Part shown: in pieces, positions 56,691 to 64,000 of the stretch | How the letters are laid out: the number at the start of each line of letters is the position of its first letter | How positions within the stretch are numbered: the first letter of the stretch is position 1 | Assembly: GCA_951406725.2 (NCBI GenBank) | Contig: OX597817.1 | Span: forward strand, 98,952,001-99,016,000 | DNA length: 64,000 nt | DNA from: Octopus vulgaris | Taxonomy: Eukaryota | Direction: 5' to 3' | Made by a program: the position numbers and the translations under genes | Notes under the pieces: model-generated | What the model saw: the letters and a program-made list of their open reading frames with translations, nothing else | What the model was told of the DNA's origin: nothing | The model's database searches: none

Positions 56691-59600
56691 GAAGAGGGCA
56701 ACACCTGGCGGGCAGGCGTGACAAAGGCGGATAGACTCCGACAGCTCACTGCAACCAGCCTCATCAAGATTGCACGTCTTAAGCCGCAGTGCGTGCGCGT
56801 ACCCGTCGCGCAGCCACAATCACCTGAAACAATTTACGCAGCAACTGACTTCGTCTTTCTACTCTTTGCGTCTCAAAAAAAAAAAATAGAAAAAAGAGAA
56901 GTCTAATGCCGACGGTATCCAGGCGCCGGAGGCAGGTTTGGAAAGCTGGAAGCCTCTAGTCCATGACCACACATTGGCGGCGAATCTCAAATGGTCGCAC
57001 TCCAATGAATAGCCGTGACATTGAAGTTCAGCAGCTGAACTCGTGACTGGGTTGGCTTCTTTAGGATTACTGCAGCCCACCACTTAAGGGGAAGCCCCTA
57101 GAAAAGATGGGGTAAACATCGGACACGGCAACTCGATCTGGCCAGCATACCGCGGCTGGCAGACCTTCCACTCAGCGGTCGGAACTCTACTTCTACTCAT
57201 CCATCATCGACTACTAAATCCTTTGTTTCACAAACTCTCTTTCGGGGCCTGTAACATCCACACTCTCCGGAACAAGAGTGACATTAATTATTCGGAGCGA
57301 CGTACAGCCTTCGTTTGCAAGGAATTTGCCCGCTTCAACATCGATGAGGCAGCCTTGAGCGAGACTGGGCTTCCCGGAGAAGCTGTCTCCAAGTACACCA
57401 TTTTTTGGAAGGGGAAGAATCCTAACGAACCACGCATCCATAGAGTGGACCAATGCAAACTCGTCCCACCATATGAAGACGGCGTCATGGTTTCGTTCTA
57501 CAACCTGCTTGGACCGCACCACCCAGACAATCTCCGTGTATCACAAACACGTCGTGTTGGGGGGCTTTAACGGGAGAGTCGGCAGTGACCATTGTCTGTG
57601 GAACAGTATTCTTGGTCGTCACGGCATTAGGAAATGCAATACCAATGGCCAGATCTTCCTCGGCCTTTGCACCGAGCACGAACTTGTCATCAACAACTCC
57701 TTATTTCATCTCCCTACCCAATAAAAGACGAGTTGGACTTCAGGGAATCCATTGACAGACCCGATGGACCTCCAAAGCCGACCTCCATTGAGGACCGCTG
57801 ACCAGCCTTCGTGAAGCCATGACCGTTGCCGCCTAGGAGACGATCGGCTTTGCCCCGAAGAACCAAGACTAGTTTGACGAGAATGATGAAACCATCTCCC
57901 GTCTTATCGAAGCCAAACTCTGGATGCGCCTCGACCTCAAAAACCATGTACTGCAGAAACAAACGAAAACACCAGCAAAGCATCAGCGGAATGCCAGCGA
58001 GGAATTCGAGAAGCTCAAAACATTTGGTGTCAGAGAAAGGCAGAGGAGATGCAAGACTATGGGGACCAACAAGATTTGCATCGCTTTTATGCCACAACCA
58101 AGATCTTCGACTTTACAAACTCTTCAGTGGGTGGCCTGAAGAACGCAGCTGGCTCTACGATAACCGATACCCAGGGAATCAGCGATCGCTGGAAGTCCCA
58201 TTTCGAGAGCCTACTTAACGACCACACACGCACTCCTGACGATCTCCTTCAAGACATCCCACAGCTCCCCATCCACCATTGGATTCCCTGCCGTCCTCGC
58301 CCCATGAGTTCAACAAAGCATTCGAGCGCATGAAACCAAGCAAAGCTCCAGGACCAGACAACATTCCGTTTGAGTTTTTCACGCACGGAGGTCCTGAGAT
58401 GAGAAATCATCTGATGCTCCTTATCCTCAATATCTGGGAAAACAAGACCCTCCCGAACGACTTCCGCGATGCAACTATCACCACCATCTACAAGAAGGGA
58501 GACGGAGAGGACTGCAACAACTATCGGAACCTATCACTCCTGAGTATTGCAAGTAAGATCTTTGCCCGTATCCTATTCAATCACCTCTGCATCCTTGCGG
58601 AAGACGTCCTCCCTGAGTCCCAGTATAACTTTAGACCATATCGAGGCACAATCGTCATGATCTTTCCGAGCCGGACCGCAGATGGCCTACAAATGACAGC
58701 CGATCTTTACAACGCAGCTTATGAACGCTTCGGGATGCAGGTAAACATTAAAGACCAAGTCCCTGATCCAACCTGCACCAAGCCTGAACAGTACGAACAT
58801 TAGCGTCAACGTCCACCCCTAGAAGTTGAACACTTTTTATACCTTGGGAGTATCCTTTCGAAGACCCCCCCCCACATGTGAAACGGACGTGGAGAACCGG
58901 ATCAGGGCGGCCCACTCCGCCTTCAGTAGACTCAACCAACGTGTATTCTTCAATCATACGCTGACCATCCGGACAAAGATCATGGTCTTCTGTGCCATTT
59001 TTCTGTCAATTCTTGTCTACGCTTGTGAGACTTGAACGCTATACCGACGTGACTTCAGGCGCCTAGAATGCTTCCAGCAATCCAAGCTACGACAGATCCT
59101 CAATGTACGATGGGAAGATCACATTACCAAAAACGGGGTTATTCGCCGCGCCTCACTACCAAGCGACAAAGCCACCATTCTTCCCCATCATTTCTGCTGA
59201 GCAGATCACGTCCAGCGTATGGAGCCCTCTCGTCTTCCGAGTATAACGGAGTGGTGAGTGAAGGAAATATGGAAATAAGATATAACTTGAGATGAAATAA
59301 ACTAGTAAGCGACGATTTATTCTGTTATAAAATACAATGATTGCCATACATGAAATAAAATAACATAACAGGTTATTACAAAGATTTGTGAGAGAACTTC
59401 ATGGCTAGGCTGGATTGTTGATGTTGTAGACATAGTTGGCGGTGTGTAAAGGCAGGTGTTTGATCTGGTGGTCGTATGGTTTTCATACAGCAATGATGCA
59501 GACAGGCATCTGGTGGAGATGATGAGAGTGGAGACTGGCTGGTGTCAGGACATCGTTGCTGGAGATGTGATGAGATGTGATGTGTGTGGTCAGAACAGTT

Positions 59601-60100
59601 GAAAAATGCCGTACTTATAGGGAACAGGAGGCTCCCAGAGCTGATGATTAAATTCCCGGGTAAGGAAAAATAAACTGTTGCGCCAACGTGATTGGACAGC
59701 TGGAAGGTTCGTTTAATCACGAGGTCATGTGACCACTGGAACGAAAAGAGCCGTTTTACGGGTATTTAAATCCTAGATGAGTCAAAATGAAAACATCTCA
59801 CATGACAGTGTAAATCACTTCTGCTACACGAGGATCAGGCTCTACGGAGAACTTGTAATCGGGACAAGACCTAGAAGAGGTCCGAAATTCCGTTTCAAAG
59901 ACCAGCTCAAACGGACCCTGGCTCAAACTAACATCCAGTCATCCTCATGGGAACAGATTGCCATGAATCGCCTGGAGGACTGCTATCCGCAATGGAGCCA
60001 GCTCTTTCGAGCAGAACAGACAACAGAATAAGGTCAGCCGAGGAGGCTGATTAGAAACTGACCAACTCAATGCTCGGATACGAGCTGCAGCCAACGACGA
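56690..60100 (+). mobile_element. RTE-clade (BovB-like) LINE with deletions, interrupted by a solo LTR
   Basis: GACNIHTL...ERRTAFV...AALSET; GGFNGRVG; KAPGPDNIP, CNNYRNLSLLS, LPESQYNFRP; LVYACET; LYGEL...RFKDQLK. Confidence 0.88.
59242..59828. mobile_element. Solo LTR (587 bp) with 4-bp TSD CGAG
   Basis: CGAG|TATAAC...GCTACA|CGAG; removing it restores the LINE frame R-L-P-R-I-R-L-Y-G-E-L; left end reads TA instead of TG. Confidence 0.8.
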
Positions 60101-60106
60101 TGTATG

Positions 60107-60165
<59 letters not shown>

Positions 60166-60495
60166 ATATATGTACATATACACATACATATATAGAATTT
60201 GAAGTGTTTTCAAATGAAATATTAAAGTTTCAAAACTTATTATTTGCTAAAATGACTAAATACTAAAATAGATAATGGGAATAAGTTTACATTATTACAC
60301 GTTTTCTTAAGATATATACTTTAAGATTATTCAATTATACAATTGAAAATAAGCCATACAGCTGTTGAAATTTCATAGTCAATGTCAATATCGTTAATAC
60401 ACACCTACACGCGCGTGTATGCATAATATATAGTCAGTGAATTATAAAAGAGGAGCACGCTCTAAGTTATAGAGCAGTAGAGCAATGAAATAAAG

Positions 60496-60714
60496 ATAGT
60501 TATGTCCGGTCTAAGGTGTTACCCTGGGTTTCACGTCCATAAAGCGCTTAGTTTGACTACGTTTCTCCGGACCCTCGTAGCTACGATGACTTTTCTCCCT
60601 CCACTTTAAAGAGTGTATATCGGCCACCGGCCTTTAGGGTCTGAAGAAACGCCGTAAGGGTAAGCGTTTTATGGACGTGAAACCCAGGGTACACCATAGA
60701 CCGGCCATAACTAT
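60496..60714. repeat. ~80-bp-arm inverted repeat (small MITE or long hairpin)
   Basis: ATAGTTATGTCCGGTCTAAGGTGTTACCCTGGGTTTCACGTCCATAAAGCGCTTA vs TAAGCGTTTTATGGACGTGAAACCCAGGGTACACCATAGACCGGCCATAACTAT. Confidence 0.8.
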
Positions 60715-60719
60715 AAAGA

Positions 60720-63700
60720 GAGACCTGCCTGATGGAGCGACTATGTGACAATAGATCAACCTCTGATCTCTCATTCCCCAACTTCGATATGCTCCAGAGA
60801 AGCTAAACTCTCTCCGCCACTGGTTCCGAACGGAAATAACACTACCAACCCCACCACTCCTACAACTTTCCCCCCCACCACCACCACAACCACCAGACCT
60901 CCATTCTAGTCCTACCTTGGGAACCAATGCTGTACTCCCTCGATTGAGTTCCAATGCTAGCCCTCTACACCTGACTGTGCTCTCTGTGATTACTCTAGCC
61001 GTTACTTAAAGATAATTGTCACCTGTGCCATCGAAATTACCACTGGAGTCGTGTCTGCATCATCAAGGCTCAAGCCGAAAGTCTTCTATACTGGACCTGC
61101 AGTCAGTGCCACTTCAGCTCCAACGCACTCCGTAGAGACGCCTCACGCTCCGATAACCAGCTCTCAACTGAGGACTTTGCTGCAGTCCTCTAGAGTTTAT
61201 CTAAATCGAAGCTCGTTAACCGGATCCCTAAGGGAGCTCGGAATAGTTTTGCTCGCGCGCTCTCCAGCTTGTTGAAAAACCTATGTTTATCCAACAATGC
61301 GTCTGACTGGCAGAAACTGTTTCCATTCCTCCGCATCTCTTTCCACGTGCATGATATGAAATAGGGCTCCCTTACATCCTCTCTCAAGCGACAGTTCCAA
61401 CTACTTGAGTCCTTCCCGACCACTTCTCGCCTCAATTTGACATCGAGCACAGTGCCTACCGATAGACAACCGATAAACCTTAAACGCGCAGTCAATGCTA
61501 AATTCAGCGAATTCGACATAAAGGGTCTGTCCGTTTCCCCTCTTCTCTATCCTCCCTCGCTCCGTGTAACTAAGTCTCTTAGACTTCTGAAAGAGAAGCA
61601 CCCATCGGCACCCCCTGATAATCAACTAAACTGGTCCGATCCCCCAGAAAACTTGAGACCGGTCTTCACCTCTGATAACATCAGAAAGGCGATTTCATCC
61701 TTCCTTGCTGGTTGAGGTGCGGGAATTGATGGCCTTCGCCCTCAACACCTCAAGGATGGTATCTCCTTATCAGCCGGTAACGCCGGACTTGAATTTGACT
61801 CAGTTTGTGAACCAGTTCTCTTCAGGGAAATCCTCCCTTATATCCACCCACTATTCTCCGGTGCAAAATTATTTGGGCTCACCAAACCCAATGGAAACTT
61901 GCGCCCCATTGCGGTCGGCTGCACCCTTCGGTGTCTCACCGCAAAGGTGTGCTTACAATTGGTCTCTAGCTTATTGGAGGAGATTGGGCACCAAATTGGG
62001 ATGTGAAGCTGCCGCCCACTCTACCAGAGCCTATGCCAACTTGCCCTTCTTGTCACCCAAGGTCATCCTCAAACTTGACCTTAAGAATGCCTTCAACTCC
62101 ATCAGCCGCGATGCTGTCCTCAGCTCAATAAGAGAGAAGGTCCCACAACTCTACCGCCTTACATGGTAGGCTTATCGGAGCCCTCCTATCTCTTTTTCGG
62201 TGACCAAATCATCACCTCTGGCTCAGGAGTCCAATAGGGCGACCCACTCGGGCCCGCTCTGTTCGCACTGGACATTGATGACATTACTAAGATGGGCGTC
62301 GAGCTAAACCTCAACGTCTGGTGTCTCAACGATGCTTGTTTGGGGAGTGGGGGACCTTTGGACATGGCAAATATGATGGTTGGGGAGCTTGGTCGCCGGG
62401 GTCTCCAAGTAAACAGCTCCAAATGTGAGCTCTGGATCCTCAACCACTCGGTTTCTCAACATCAATCAACTATTGACCTTTACGCAGAGTCTTTCCCTTC
62501 CACTGCAGTCGGCTTGGTGCTCTCTAGGTGCTCCAGTCACTGAACTTGCCTTTGAGTCCATCTTCCAGTCGAAGCAATTGCTGAAAAATATTGAAGCTAT
62601 CGAACCCCATCAAGGTTTTTTTATACTTAAGAATTACCTCTTAATTCCTAAGCTTCTATATCTACTTAGAGTCAGCTCATCTTACCGATTCCCATCGTGC
62701 CTCCAACGCTTCGAGAACCTAATCTTTGAGAGACTCGCATGCTTAGTCGATGTCAGACTCTCCAACGTCCTGCAATCAGGCTGCATTACCCAAGTGATTT
62801 GAAGGTCTTGGTCTTCGTAAGTGTACGTCCCTCTCTCTCCCCTGCTTCCTTTCTTCCACCCACGCCTGCTCCATCCTGGTGAACAACATCCGCTCCAACA
62901 TGGACCAGTTCTAACAGGAAGTTGGATGACGCTCTCCAATACTGGAGGGAATTGGGCTTGTCTGCTCCTGAGAAGGTGGAGGACTGTCAGAGTCAGAGAA
63001 CTTGGGACATAATTTCGAAGGCCACTTTCGACTCTCTCTTCATCCAGTCGGACCACTTTTCAAGGTGCTGCTTACTGTCTGCTAGCGCCAAATACTCAGG
63101 TGACCGGATTGATGCCATTTCCGTGGCTAATGTTGATGGCTTACTCAGCTTGGACGAACTTTGTGTCTGCATTGCCCTCAGTGTGGGAGCCGATGTATGC
63201 ACGGATTTGATCTGTCATTTTGGCAGGCTTCTCGACTCCACAGGCCTCCATGACCTTTCTTTCCACCTGAATGCTGGTCGCTTCGCGCGTCATACGGAGT
63301 TGAACCTGAGACTCAAGAGGAGCTTGGCCCGAGCTAACGTCCCCTCCATCTGGGATGTCACAGATAGCGACTACTTTGCTTCTCACATCCTGAATGCTGC
63401 AGTCAGGGCGATATCTACAGCTTCTGCGGCCGAGCGGAACAAAATCCTGAAATACCGCGATCCGTCGGCCAACTACATTTTCCATCCTGTGGGGTTCGAG
63501 ATGTTTGATGGGGTCGGACCACTACTGCGAGATTCCTGTCAACTCACCTTGCAGAGGTAACTGGTGAGGCTCGTGAGGGCGCTTGGCTGTTCCAGCGAAT
63601 CAGCCAATAACCATTAGAGAGGTTTCCAAGCGTCCCCAACTTTTCAACCTAAGGTGGTGAATTGTTTTGATTTTTTTTTCTTTTTTCTCCTTTTCTTTTT

Positions 63701-63790
63701 TTCATTTTAATTTTTTCAATTGTGTTCTGTTTTGTCCAGTTTTCTATTTTGATTTTGTAAAACGGTAAACACTGTGAAAGCAATAAAATT
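60720..63790 (+). mobile_element. CRE-clade-like non-LTR retrotransposon (RT + restriction-like endonuclease), degraded
   Basis: LRPIAVG, GCEAAAH, LKLDLKNAFNSISR, GVQ*GDPLGPALF, LGAPV, RFARHTELN, WDVT, AERNKILKY, FHPVGFE; T-rich 3' UTR and AATAAA at 63782. Confidence 0.75.
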
Positions 63791-64000
63791 ACCTTAATTA
63801 CACGTACATACACGCACACAACTTGAACATTGTTTCTATTACTTTTTCCTCATTGACTGTCTCATCTCCAAAGACTTTTTTTAAAGCTATCCAATGTGTT
63901 CCACCGTCTTGATCGTTTTCTCCCACATCTTTTCTGATCTCTCAGAATCCAGTCTGTCCAGCTATTTTAACTCATTCTGTAAATAAGTCAAGTACATCTA

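Overview
AT-rich, microsatellite-dense animal DNA. The SINE/LINE repertoire and very long (TA)n/(TATG)n arrays suggest a cephalopod (octopus-like); this is inference. The window is almost entirely nested transposon debris: an internally deleted Ty3/Gypsy element, a non-coding LTR element with tandem PBS copies, a solo LTR, many RTE-clade LINE fragments, a near full-length CR1, a CRE-like element, an R4/Dong-like fragment, a complete but frameshifted mariner, Helitron pieces, MITEs/foldbacks, tRNA-SINEs and Penelope-like (PLE) fragments. One host exon is recognisable: a probable first coding exon of an srGAP-family gene (29370-29433). The most interesting signal is non-coding RNA. (i) Three sequence-divergent minus-strand repeats (9.6, 55.3, 56.3 kb) carry hammerhead ribozyme strands in a NON-circularly permuted order (NUH -> GAAA -> CUGANGA) with covarying stems. 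(ii) A ~363-bp tandem retrozyme-like unit carries two hammerhead motifs with a U3-A8 core variant. (iii) Several conventional type I hammerheads sit in PLE-type repeats. All ribozyme calls are manual structure predictions and are untested. Most long Y/I/M/C/H/T-rich ORFs in the track are microsatellite artefacts.
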